This document shows positions 7,663 through 16,312 of a stretch of DNA of 44,773 bases, piece by piece. Position 1 is the first letter of the stretch, and every line of letters begins with the position of its first letter. Under the pieces are notes generated by a model, which did not search any database, had not been told where the DNA came from, and saw nothing but the letters and a program-made list of their open reading frames with translations. Source of the stretch: Escherichia phage vB_EcoS_UTEC10; sequence record PP291582.1; one strand, 5' to 3'. A program made the translations under genes and the position numbers.

Positions 7663-9903
7663 ATGTCCGATGTAATTTTATCCTACTCGTGGTCTCGTCG
7701 CAACGCGCGGGCGGAGAAAAAGGATATAAACGTCAGAACCACACACACGGCAACGCTGGGCGACCTGAAAGATTTAATCCAGCCGCTTGATGCTGTCCGT
7801 GACGGAATTAACCCGAAGACCGCACCCGGTTATATCACCGCCGCGTGCGACTCCACACACAGCACCGTAAAAGACCCGGAAACAGGCGACTTTAAGCAGG
7901 CGCGTAAAGGCTTCTTCTATCGCTGTGATGCGTCTGTAAGCAAATCGTCGCTGGCGTATCTTGACTTCGACAGTGCAACGCCGGAAGAGTATCAGGAAGC
8001 GGTGCGCCTGGTTAAGCGCAGCCGCCAGGCGATGTGTCTCTACACCACGGCATCACATACCGACGAGTCGCCGCGCTTTCGCGTCGTCATGCCGCTGGCC
8101 CGCCCGGTTGAAGGTGGCGACATCATCCGTGTTCGCCATGGATTACTGGAGCACTTCTTCAAAGGCATGGGCGCGGACCGCAGCGGGTTCACTCTGTCGC
8201 AGCCGATGTACCTGCCGCCAGTTGGCGCTACTGTTATCTGGTCGCGCCGCAACGACCTGATTGACCCTGATGAGTTACTGGAAGGCGTCCCAGCCGTTGA
8301 CATCAGCAGCGCATCTGACTACCAGATACCGGAAGAACTGCGCACTGCGTTTACTGATGCGTTTGAGGCACTGGCGTTCGAGTACGGTGGCATCATGACG
8401 CCGCGCGGACTAAAAATGCCAGCTACACCGGAACACGCAGAGAACTACAGCGACCCGACGCCGCGCTCGGACGACTTCCTGCTGTGCTTCCCACGCGAGG
8501 GGTATGAAGCGCCGAACGTAACCATGATTCACGACACCGACATCACGGCAACCGAAGGCATGTCACCGAAAGAGGTGTGGAAATATGCGTGCGATGCGAC
8601 CGGGCTGCCGTTCAGTGAGGTCGCTGAGGCCATCGGTTGGGGTGCGCGTGAATCAGTTTCATGCAGTCTCGACGACCTGGAAGACGATGAGGACTCAGAG
8701 GAGGACGAGTTACCGGAGCCGGTAAAGGCTGATTTCGTCGTAGAAGGGTACATGCCGTCGGATTGCATATGGGATATTGTTGGGGAATCCGGTACGTATA
8801 AATCATTCTATACGCTGGGGATGATGTACCTCAGCGCCGCCGGATACCGGTTTGCAGGGGCGGATACCCAGCGTTGCCACCATTTCTATATTGACGGTGA
8901 GGGCGGCGCGGCCACACGCACACGTATCGATGCGCTCGCGGCTAAATACGGCGAGGAAGGTAAAGATTATGTACATGTTATCGACATGGGTGAAGTCGGA
9001 AAACTTAAAAGCCTGATTAAGTTAATGCGCGAAACTGCTGGCGACGAGCCAATCGGTATGGTCGCGTTCGACACCCTTAACCAGACGCTGGCCCTGACGA
9101 TTGATAAGTTCGACGAGAACAGTTCATCAACGGCAATCGGCATGGGTAAAGTTATCGCTATCCTGAAAGAAGTGCGTGATGCGACTAAAGCCGCAGTGGG
9201 CGTTGTGCACCATACGCCGAAGGGCGGAAAGAAAGCCCGTGGTAGTGGAGCATTGTATGCGGGTGTCGACGTGGAGCTGACAATCGAACGCGCGACCGAC
9301 CGTCAGATAAATGTATACCACTCTAAATTTAAGCACGGGCCCCAACAGAAGACGGTTGGTATGGTGCTGGAGTCTGTACAGTTCCGTGAAGCTCCGCCGC
9401 CGAAAGAGTACCGTGCGGTTGAGTTTCTTGGTAGTACAGAGGAATACGGCACAATCGTTAACCTGGACCTGCCTGAGCCTCACAAGGCGCTTGTGCTGAT
9501 GCCGTGGGGCTTCGAGCCGTTCAAAACTGACGAGGAGAAAGAGCGGGAAGAAGGGCTGACAAAGGAAGGTAAAGAAAACGTAAAGAATGCTGTAAAACGC
9601 GGGAAGGATGAAGGGCGTAAGGAGTCAATACTCGCCGCGCTGGAAGACCTGCAACAGTCCGACGACACCGGACGGGGTTTCACCCAACGGCAGATAGTAG
9701 CGAACTCCGGCGACCACGCCATCACAAACCACCATCTCGAGAAGATGTTGAAAGACGGTGAGTTGATGCTAGGGTGTGATGCCAACGGTGAAGTTATACC
9801 AGGAACATACCGGATACCTGAAAAGATGGGCGACAGATTAAGACCGAAGACAATATACGAACCGAATGAAATGCTTACAGTGACCGAGGAAGATTTGGAA
9901 TAG
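7663..9903 (+). CDS. bifunctional DNA primase / RecA-fold (DnaB/T7 gp4-like) helicase
   Basis: 746 aa; N-terminal primase-like region (RFRVVMPLARP), central acidic linker, C-terminal Walker-A-like GESGTYKS and HHTPKGG...RGSGAL motifs as in gp4-type helicases; ends EEDLE. Confidence 0.75.
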   Translation: MSDVILSYSWSRRNARAEKKDINVRTTHTATLGDLKDLIQPLDAVRDGINPKTAPGYITAACDSTHSTVKDPETGDFKQARKGFFYRCDASVSKSSLAYLDFDSATPEEYQEAVRLVKRSRQAMCLYTTASHTDESPRFRVVMPLARPVEGGDIIRVRHGLLEHFFKGMGADRSGFTLSQPMYLPPVGATVIWSRRNDLIDPDELLEGVPAVDISSASDYQIPEELRTAFTDAFEALAFEYGGIMTPRGLKMPATPEHAENYSDPTPRSDDFLLCFPREGYEAPNVTMIHDTDITATEGMSPKEVWKYACDATGLPFSEVAEAIGWGARESVSCSLDDLEDDEDSEEDELPEPVKADFVVEGYMPSDCIWDIVGESGTYKSFYTLGMMYLSAAGYRFAGADTQRCHHFYIDGEGGAATRTRIDALAAKYGEEGKDYVHVIDMGEVGKLKSLIKLMRETAGDEPIGMVAFDTLNQTLALTIDKFDENSSSTAIGMGKVIAILKEVRDATKAAVGVVHHTPKGGKKARGSGALYAGVDVELTIERATDRQINVYHSKFKHGPQQKTVGMVLESVQFREAPPPKEYRAVEFLGSTEEYGTIVNLDLPEPHKALVLMPWGFEPFKTDEEKEREEGLTKEGKENVKNAVKRGKDEGRKESILAALEDLQQSDDTGRGFTQRQIVANSGDHAITNHHLEKMLKDGELMLGCDANGEVIPGTYRIPEKMGDRLRPKTIYEPNEMLTVTEEDLE

Positions 9904-9912
9904 GTAAAAAGA

Positions 9913-9931
9913 AAGGGGCGTTAAGCCCCTT
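9913..9931. terminator. hairpin overlapping the stop codon of the XRE gene
   Basis: AAGGGGC-GTTAA-GCCCCTT stem-loop; T-rich flank on the minus strand. Confidence 0.4.
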
Positions 9932-10136
9932 CACCGAACGCCAGCCACTTAGCGTCTACTTCCAGCACTTCCGCCAGTTTAAACAGCGTCGACGGGCGGA
10001 CGTCCTGAGTCACCCCGAGTGCCAGCTGGTTAATTGCGCCCTGGGAAACGCCAGCCAGAACAGCCAGACGGCGCTGGGAGATACCTAATTCTTTACGGCG
10101 TTGCTCTACACGGATGCCTAGTTCAGATGGTTGCAT
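9921..10136 (-). CDS. XRE-family (Cro/CI-type) HTH transcriptional regulator
   Basis: 71 aa; LGISQRRLAVLAGVSQGAINQLALG is a canonical HTH_3 motif; lone minus-strand gene in the plus-strand replication block; AAGGAG RBS. Confidence 0.8.
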   Translation of the reverse strand: MQPSELGIRVEQRRKELGISQRRLAVLAGVSQGAINQLALGVTQDVRPSTLFKLAEVLEVDAKWLAFGEGA

Positions 10137-10166
10137 ATCAATTACTCCTTAGTCAGTTGATATGTG

Positions 10167-10180
10167 AATAGTACCATATT
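10167..10180 (-). promoter_or_regulatory. operator-like half-palindrome overlapping an extended -10 (TGG-TACTAT) for the XRE gene
   Basis: GAATAG-TACC-ATATT imperfect copy of the AATAG-N4-CTATT repeat; TGGTACTAT on the minus strand about 25 nt upstream of the XRE start. Confidence 0.4.
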
Positions 10181-10200
10181 AATTATTTTAGAAAAGCCCA

Positions 10201-10230
10201 TTGACATAATGAATAGTTCGCTATTATAGT
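10201..10230 (+). promoter_or_regulatory. strong sigma70-like promoter TTGACA-N18-TATAGT with embedded AATAG-N4-CTATT repeat
   Basis: Consensus -35; inverted repeat at 10212-10225 in the spacer; drives the acidic-protein gene. Confidence 0.6.
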
Positions 10231-10261
10231 TAACCCATACCAAACGAGAGGAGAGAAACAA

Positions 10262-10762
10262 ATGTTAGACCAATTTTTAAAATTACTGGAACGTTTCGTA
10301 GTCGCGCATGAACTGATTGCCGCAAACAGTGTGAAACGACCGGTGCCGCCGACTGAGCGTGTGGGCGAAATGCTTGTAGACGTGTCAGTTACGGGAGAGG
10401 TACTTGAAGTCGACCCGGGCACCGGCGTCGGGAAAGAAATCCCGGTCGAAGGCGAAGACGTCGTCGACACTAAACCGGCAGAAGAAGAGAAGCCGAAACG
10501 CAAGCCGCGTAAAGCTAAAGTAGATGAACCGACGCCAGAGCCGGAAGAAGAAGTCGATTACCAGTCTCTTCGTGACCAGATTCAGGCTATCGACGATGCG
10601 ATTAACGAAGGTCCTAGCGATGCTGCGTGCGATGATTCCGATGAACTGCTGGAAGAGTTCACCGGTAAGAAAATGAAGATTGCCGCGATTAAAGACGAAG
10701 ACCTGGCGGAATACCTGGAGCGCCTGACAGCAATCAAGAACAAGTATTTCGAAGAAGAATAA
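10262..10762 (+). CDS. highly acidic protein
   Basis: 166 aa rich in Asp/Glu with a short basic patch (KPKRKPRKAK); strong RBS GAGAGGAGAG; flanked by promoter and terminator. Confidence 0.55.
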   Translation: MLDQFLKLLERFVVAHELIAANSVKRPVPPTERVGEMLVDVSVTGEVLEVDPGTGVGKEIPVEGEDVVDTKPAEEEKPKRKPRKAKVDEPTPEPEEEVDYQSLRDQIQAIDDAINEGPSDAACDDSDELLEEFTGKKMKIAAIKDEDLAEYLERLTAIKNKYFEEE

Positions 10763-10769
10763 ATATACC

Positions 10770-10788
10770 GCGGCCTTCGGGCCGCTTT
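10770..10788 (+). terminator. Rho-independent terminator/attenuator
   Basis: GCGGCC-TTCG-GGCCGC hairpin followed by TTT. Confidence 0.5.
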
Positions 10789-10805
10789 AACTGAGGGTCG
10801 GAAAT

Positions 10806-11078
10806 ATGATTTACCAACTCTACCGCGCCGTTGACAGACGGGACAACACGGAGGCGCTATGGTTATTGCGTGCACCGTCCGGCGCGCACCAGATGGAAGA
10901 GATGGCGTACTTAGGAAAAGTACCGCGACCTAAAGATATAGGCCGCCACGTGTCGCAGATTAAGCGCACGACTTTCGCCAAACCTGACTTTTATGTCTTC
11001 GAGTCAATGTATGGGTGGGCTATGCATTGTCATCACCAAACGCGACATTTAATTGACCAGTGGGAGAACAGGGTATGA
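10806..11078 (+). CDS. hypothetical protein
   Basis: 90 aa; GAGGGT RBS; stop overlaps the start of the exonuclease gene (ATGA at 11075). Confidence 0.5.
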   Translation: MIYQLYRAVDRRDNTEALWLLRAPSGAHQMEEMAYLGKVPRPKDIGRHVSQIKRTTFAKPDFYVFESMYGWAMHCHHQTRHLIDQWENRV

Positions 11079-12316
11079 TTTTAAAGGAACGCGGCGGCAA
11101 CAACGATGTGCACGCCTTACTATCACCGTCGGGTGCTAAGAAGTGGCTAACCTGCGCGGCGTCACTGGCCTGTGAAAAAGATATTCCTAACACGTCAGGT
11201 AAGGCCGCAGTGTTAGGCACAGCTATGCACACTATAGCTGAGGTCCATCTAAACCAGTACATCAAAGGCACTGCGTTACCGTTAGAGCGCGAAGTTGGCG
11301 CTTACGTGCTGGATGAGGGTAAAGGACAGATTAAGGCGTTAATCAGCCCGATGAAAGGCGCGGTACTGATTACGGCTGACATGATTGAACAGGTTCGCAA
11401 GTACACCGACTACTGCAAAGCGATTATCGATGTAGCGACTTACGCCAAGCTGGAAATGCGCGTCAATCTTACTGAGGTGTTGCACCCAGGCTACGAAGGC
11501 GTCGAGACGTTCGGAACGGCCGACCTTGTTGCCGTGCAGGAACTGGCCAACACCGACGAGCACATGCTTATTATCGGCGACCTGAAAACTGGACGACATC
11601 GTGTCGAAGCGAAAGAAAACAAGCAGCTTATGCTTTACGCTCTCGGTGTTTATCGCCGACTCAAGAGACGTTATAACATCACCGTTGTTCGTCTGGTCAT
11701 CTTTCAGCCGTATGCTGGAGGTGCGTCGGAGTGGGACATCTCGGTTGAAGGCCTTGAACTGTTCGCTAAGTTTGCGCAGAAACGCGCACTGTTGGCTCTC
11801 GATGCGTATTCCCGTGGCAAGAAGAATCTGAAAGCGTCGGACTTCAGGCCGTCGGTAGACGGTTGTCAGTGGTGCCGGTTCTCTGAACAGTGCGCCGCGC
11901 GTACAAAAACCGTTAACGCGGTACTGGCGGAAGAACTGGAAGACGACTTTGCGCTGGAACTGACACCAGAGCAACTCGTAACTGAGTATGAGAAATTGCC
12001 GCTGTTGCGCCAGCATATCGACAAGGTTGAAAAAGCTATGGCTGCTGCGTTGCATTCCGGTAAAAAAGTTCCTGGGTACAAACTGGTAGAAGGTCGCCCG
12101 GGTAATCGTGCGTGGAAAGACGCAGAGAAAGTAGCAGAACTCTACGGCGACAAGCTGACTAAAGAAGTGCTCATGACGCCAACCGAAGCTGTTAAAGTCA
12201 TACCGGAAGAAGAGCTGAAAAACTTCATTACCCGTAAGCCCGGTGCACCATGTGTCGCAACGGCAGACGACAAACGCCCTGAGTGGAATCAGGTTAGTGA
12301 AGAAGATTTGGAATAA
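11075..12316 (+). CDS. PD-(D/E)XK exonuclease, Cas4/RecB-like (DUF2800-type)
   Basis: Internal ATG of track ORF 11060..12316; LLSPSGAKKWLTC N-terminus, IIGDLKTG...EAKENKQLMLYAL nuclease motifs, C-terminal CQWCRFSEQC cysteine cluster; ends EEDLE. Confidence 0.7.
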   Translation: MILKERGGNNDVHALLSPSGAKKWLTCAASLACEKDIPNTSGKAAVLGTAMHTIAEVHLNQYIKGTALPLEREVGAYVLDEGKGQIKALISPMKGAVLITADMIEQVRKYTDYCKAIIDVATYAKLEMRVNLTEVLHPGYEGVETFGTADLVAVQELANTDEHMLIIGDLKTGRHRVEAKENKQLMLYALGVYRRLKRRYNITVVRLVIFQPYAGGASEWDISVEGLELFAKFAQKRALLALDAYSRGKKNLKASDFRPSVDGCQWCRFSEQCAARTKTVNAVLAEELEDDFALELTPEQLVTEYEKLPLLRQHIDKVEKAMAAALHSGKKVPGYKLVEGRPGNRAWKDAEKVAELYGDKLTKEVLMTPTEAVKVIPEEELKNFITRKPGAPCVATADDKRPEWNQVSEEDLE

Positions 12317-12320
12317 AGTG

Positions 12321-12349
12321 TTGACACCTGAATAGTTAGCTATTATAGT
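12321..12349 (+). promoter_or_regulatory. sigma70-like promoter TTGACA-N17-TATAGT with embedded AATAG-N4-CTATT repeat
   Basis: Consensus -35; inverted repeat at 12331-12344. Confidence 0.6.
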
Positions 12350-12402
12350 TCTAATCACTGGCCGGGCAGCTCCCGGAGTAAACTGAAAAGCGAGAAATCA
12401 CG

Positions 12403-13029
12403 ATGGGTATTAAACTGAATCTGCGTAAAGTAAACACTGCTTGGGTTAACGTATTCGAACGCGAAAAAGACCGTGAAAACGATGATGGCTCCATCACTAA
12501 AGGCCAGTACAGCGCGACTATCATCTTGCCGTCTGACCATGCTCAAATTGATGCGCTCTACGACACAGTTTACGCTGTAGTTGAAGAAGCGTTAGGTGCA
12601 GCCGCTGCCGAGAAGTGGATGAAGTCCAACTACGGCGAAGGTAAGCACATGGATAAATGCGCGATTAAAGACATTGCCGAGCGCGACAATCCGTTTGAAG
12701 ACTTCCCGGAAGGCTTCTACTTCAAGGCGAAGGCACAGAAACAGCCACTGATTGTAACCTCTAAAAAAGGTGAGACTCAGGTAGAGCAGGACTTCAACGT
12801 AGATGGTGAACAGATTGAAGGCGAACAGGTTTACAGCGGATGCGTCGCTAACGTAAGCGTCGAAATCTGGTTCAGCCAGAAATACAAAGTTCTCGGTGTT
12901 AACCTGCTGGCAATTAAATACGTCGGCGAAGGTAAAGCGTTCGGTGGTTCTAAAGTCGCAGCAAGTGTCAATGACCTGGAAGACGACGAAGAAGATGAAG
13001 CACCTCGCCGCGAACGTCGTCGCCGCTAA
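12403..13029 (+). CDS. ssDNA-binding-like protein (DUF2815-type) with acidic/basic C-terminal tail
   Basis: 208 aa; follows the DUF2800 nuclease as in the conserved nuclease / SSB-like / polymerase phage module; C-terminus DLEDDEEDEAPRRERRRR. Confidence 0.55.
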   Translation: MGIKLNLRKVNTAWVNVFEREKDRENDDGSITKGQYSATIILPSDHAQIDALYDTVYAVVEEALGAAAAEKWMKSNYGEGKHMDKCAIKDIAERDNPFEDFPEGFYFKAKAQKQPLIVTSKKGETQVEQDFNVDGEQIEGEQVYSGCVANVSVEIWFSQKYKVLGVNLLAIKYVGEGKAFGGSKVAASVNDLEDDEEDEAPRRERRRR

Positions 13030-13048
13030 CATCTGAATCAATTTAACT

Positions 13049-13072
13049 AAGGCCCTTCATTGGGCCTTTTTA
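13049..13072 (+). terminator. Rho-independent terminator
   Basis: AAGGCCC-TTCATT-GGGCCTT hairpin followed by TTTT. Confidence 0.55.
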
Positions 13073-13085
13073 CTAAGGGTCGAAA

Positions 13086-13244
13086 ATGATGTTTTTCTGT
13101 AAACACGTTTATCGCTATATGAAACCGCTTCCTTGGTACGCGGATGAGTACCGGGCCGGGTACAGGCATGTGTGTATTTGCCGTGATTGTATGAAAATAA
13201 GACTCAGCGAAACGAAGGCACTGGATTTAAGGAAAAAGAAATGA
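13086..13244 (+). CDS. small Cys-rich protein (52 aa) coupled to the DNA polymerase gene
   Basis: Manually translated (MMFFCKHVYRYMKPLPWYADEYRAGYRHVCICRDCMK...); AAGGGT RBS; stop overlaps the polymerase ATG (ATGA at 13241). Confidence 0.35.
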   Translation: MMFFCKHVYRYMKPLPWYADEYRAGYRHVCICRDCMKIRLSETKALDLRKKK

Positions 13245-15412
13245 GCTACTTATACCTGGACTTTGAAACCTACAGCGACATCGATTTGAAGAAAGTCGGT
13301 TCCTACGCTTACGCCGAACACCCGTCAACCGAAGTGCTTATCTGCACATATGCTTTTGACGATGAGCCTGTAAGGGTATGGGATTGCACCGACGGCAGCG
13401 ACATGCCGGGCGATTTGCACCGCGCCTTGCGCCGCCTGGTGAAACCGAACAGTCGCATTAAGATGGTGTGGCACAACGGCTCAATGTTCGACCGTCTCAT
13501 CATGAAGCACTGCTGGGACTTTGATATTCCGGTAAGCAACACCATTGATACGATGATTTGGGCGTTTCGTCACGCGCTGCCGGGGTCACTCGATGCGTTG
13601 TGTGAAGTGCTTGGCGTATCTGCGGACAACGCAAAAGACAAACGCGGCAAGGCGCTCATACAACGTTTCTCTAAACCGACGCCGAAGAACTACAAAATCC
13701 GCCGCTACACCGCTGAAACGCACCCTGATGAGTGGGCGCTGTTCATCAAGTACGCCGTGAGTGACATCACTGCGATGCGTGAAGTCTTCCATAAGCTGCC
13801 GCGGTGGGGTAACTCCGAGTTCGAAGACCGTGTACTGGAGCTGGACCAGCTAATTAATGACCGCGGGTTTAAGGTTGACGTAGCGCTGGCGGAAGCTGCG
13901 ATTGAGGCTGTGGAGAAACACAAAGCGCAGTTACAGGAAGAAGCCCAACGTAAATACGGCGGCTCGCTGACTGGTAAGGATTTTCTGCCGATTCTGCGTG
14001 AACTGGCACCCGCGCACCGCATCCACAATGCGCAGAAGTCGACGCTGAATGACCTGCTGGCAGACGATGACTTACCTGACGACGCACGTACGATTATTGA
14101 AATGCGCCTTGGTGCGGCGTCCACTGCGTCAACGAAATATAACCCGCTGCTGTTGGGCCGCTCGTCGGACGACCGCCGTCGTGGTTGCATCCAGTATGGC
14201 GGGGCAAAGCGTACGCTACGGTTCGCCGGTAAAGGCTTTCAGCCGCAGAACCTGGCGCGCGGGTACTATCACGATGATGAACTGGATAAAGGCATTTCAG
14301 CGTTACTTAAGGGTCGTGCGCACCGCCGATTTGACGTAGCCAAGCTAACGGCATCAACGGTGCGTAGCTGCATTATCCCGGAAGCCGGGCATAAGTTTGT
14401 TGTCGCTGATTACTCGAACGTTGAAGGTCGCGGTCTTGCGTGGCTGGCGGGTGAAGACGATTTAATCGAAGTATTTGTAAACGGGGTTGATGTGTACAAG
14501 AAACTAGCATCAACGGTGTTCAACGTCGCGTATGAGGCCGTAACAAAGGACCAAAGACAAATCGCTAAAGCAATGGTTCTGGGCCTCGGCTACGCGGGGG
14601 GCGTAGGTGCTTTTGTCACGTTTGCTAAAAACTTAGGTCTTGATTTGAACGATATGACCAGCACTTTAGACGGGTCATTCCCTGACCACATCTGGGCCGC
14701 TACCGCACGCGGATATGAGTGGGCACGCATTCAGGAGGCCAAGAGACCGCCGCGGCCTGGTGAAAAGGATGACAGACCGTCGTATATTCTTGATAAGAAA
14801 GTGTGGCGTACCTGCGACGCTTTAAAGCGCATGTACCGAGAAGCTAATCCCGCAATAGTCCAATTCTGGCGGGATATTGAAGACGCGGCTATGGCAGCTA
14901 TCCGCAATCCGGGTAAAGAGTTCACCGCGGGGCCGCGAGGCGTTAAGTTTTCGCGTAACGTAGAGACAGATAACAACGGCAACAAAGTCGCCGGTTGGTG
15001 GTTGCGCATGACGTTGCCGTCGGGTCGTGTTATGTCCTACCCTGGCGTCGGATTAAGTGTGTCGAAAGAGACAGATGAAGACGGAAAGGTGTCTACTAAC
15101 GTGCGCATCAAGTATCAGGGTGAAAATCAGTTAACCCGTCAGTGGGGATTCCAGTACACATATTCCGGTAAACTCGTGGAAAACTGCACTCAGGCGCTGT
15201 GCCGTGATTTGCTGGCTAATGCACTGCTGAACGTAGAGGCAAACGGCTACCCGATTGTGCTTCATGTCCACGATGAGATTATCTGCGAGACACCAGATTT
15301 ACCAGAATACAATGTCGCAGAACTGGAACGATTGATGTGCGAATTACCGGAATGGGCCGAGGGGTTCCCTCTTGTAGCAGAAGGTGCGGAGATGAAGCGT
15401 TATGCTAAGTAA
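13241..15412 (+). CDS. family A DNA polymerase with N-terminal 3'-5' exonuclease domain
   Basis: Internal ATG of track ORF 13187..15412; LYLDFETYSD is an Exo I motif; C-terminal region has PolA-like motifs including HVHDEII. Confidence 0.85.
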   Translation: MSYLYLDFETYSDIDLKKVGSYAYAEHPSTEVLICTYAFDDEPVRVWDCTDGSDMPGDLHRALRRLVKPNSRIKMVWHNGSMFDRLIMKHCWDFDIPVSNTIDTMIWAFRHALPGSLDALCEVLGVSADNAKDKRGKALIQRFSKPTPKNYKIRRYTAETHPDEWALFIKYAVSDITAMREVFHKLPRWGNSEFEDRVLELDQLINDRGFKVDVALAEAAIEAVEKHKAQLQEEAQRKYGGSLTGKDFLPILRELAPAHRIHNAQKSTLNDLLADDDLPDDARTIIEMRLGAASTASTKYNPLLLGRSSDDRRRGCIQYGGAKRTLRFAGKGFQPQNLARGYYHDDELDKGISALLKGRAHRRFDVAKLTASTVRSCIIPEAGHKFVVADYSNVEGRGLAWLAGEDDLIEVFVNGVDVYKKLASTVFNVAYEAVTKDQRQIAKAMVLGLGYAGGVGAFVTFAKNLGLDLNDMTSTLDGSFPDHIWAATARGYEWARIQEAKRPPRPGEKDDRPSYILDKKVWRTCDALKRMYREANPAIVQFWRDIEDAAMAAIRNPGKEFTAGPRGVKFSRNVETDNNGNKVAGWWLRMTLPSGRVMSYPGVGLSVSKETDEDGKVSTNVRIKYQGENQLTRQWGFQYTYSGKLVENCTQALCRDLLANALLNVEANGYPIVLHVHDEIICETPDLPEYNVAELERLMCELPEWAEGFPLVAEGAEMKRYAK

Positions 15413-15533
15413 ACTGATTATCGCAGTACTGGCGGGATTTGCTGTCGGTGTCTACTGTCACGAGGGCCAATACGGCATGATGGTTGCCATATTGGGCATG
15501 TTCATCGCAATTTATATGTGGGTGCTGGAATGA
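15402..15533 (+). CDS. small two-TM membrane protein (43 aa)
   Basis: Manually translated (MLSKLIIAVLAGFAVGVYCHEGQYGMMVAILGMFIAIYMWVLE); overlaps the polymerase 3' end in another frame. Confidence 0.3.
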   Translation: MLSKLIIAVLAGFAVGVYCHEGQYGMMVAILGMFIAIYMWVLE

Positions 15534-15619
15534 AAATTTACTGGTTCTATGAAGAAGACTGCCGAATCTGTCCGCGCTGCGGAGTTGAGCATACGAAACG
15601 TGAGGGGTGCGTATTATGA
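15530..15619 (+). CDS. micro-protein with CxxC...CxxC-like zinc-ribbon pattern (29 aa)
   Basis: Manually translated (MKIYWFYEEDCRICPRCGVEHTKREGCVL); ATGA overlaps at both ends. Confidence 0.25.
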   Translation: MKIYWFYEEDCRICPRCGVEHTKREGCVL

Positions 15620-15810
15620 GTAACAAACCATTTAGTAAGAAACTAGCGGCGTTGGTGGATATGCCAGAATGGGAATTTATCATGGTAATGGGTTATGGGT
15701 TCTTCAGTGACGTTTGCGCCGGGTGTACGCACAAAGGCGTTTACTATTCGGAACACGACATCTATCAAGCGTACTTCCTGCGTAATCCAGATGCGGAGCC
15801 TTTGCTGTGA
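15616..15810 (+). CDS. hypothetical protein
   Basis: Internal ATG of track ORF 15607..15810 (MSNKPFSKK...). Confidence 0.45.
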   Translation: MSNKPFSKKLAALVDMPEWEFIMVMGYGFFSDVCAGCTHKGVYYSEHDIYQAYFLRNPDAEPLL

Positions 15811-16109
15811 CACCGGAAGGAAAAATACAGAAATACGCAAAAGAGCAATTCGAGGCCATTGGTGGCCTCGTTCGTAAACTTTCCTATGAGGGGCGCTCCG
15901 GCGCTCCCGACCTTCTGGTAATTCTCCCCGGCGGCATCGTCTGGTTCGTCGAGGTGAAGAAAGATGAAAACACGAAGCCAGACCCACACCAGCTACGGGA
16001 ACATGAGCGTATGCGTAAACGTGGTGCAAATGTTTTTGTCGTTGGTTCGTTTAAACAGGTTGACGACCTAATAGCGAACTATTATAGTAGTCATACACCA
16101 ACAATATAA
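15807..16109 (+). CDS. VRR-NUC domain nuclease
   Basis: GAPDLLVILPGGIVWFVEVKKD matches the VRR-NUC PD-(D/E)XK motif; GTG start overlapping the upstream stop. Confidence 0.65.
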   Translation: MTPEGKIQKYAKEQFEAIGGLVRKLSYEGRSGAPDLLVILPGGIVWFVEVKKDENTKPDPHQLREHERMRKRGANVFVVGSFKQVDDLIANYYSSHTPTI

Positions 16110-16120
16110 GGAATTGAGAA

Positions 16121-16312
16121 ATGAAACACGAATACGACCGCAAACCAGCACGCGACATCGTACCCGGCGACATGATTTTCAACGTTAAAACACGTCGTCC
16201 TGTTGCCGTAGATACGGTGTTCGTCGAGTCGAACGGTAAACTGGTTATCGAAGATGTAACTGGTAACGTCACGGCGTTCGGGCGTAAAGAGTTAGTTCTG
16301 GTGGCGAAATGA
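16121..16312 (+). CDS. hypothetical protein
   Basis: 63 aa track ORF with AAGGAATTGAG RBS. Confidence 0.5.
   Translation: MKHEYDRKPARDIVPGDMIFNVKTRRPVAVDTVFVESNGKLVIEDVTGNVTAFGRKELVLVAK

Noticed and set aside
11339-12358. 339-aa minus-strand ORF
   Set aside because: Antisense to the Cas4-like exonuclease gene, which has clear nuclease motifs and ATGA coupling to its neighbours; no RBS or recognisable motifs.
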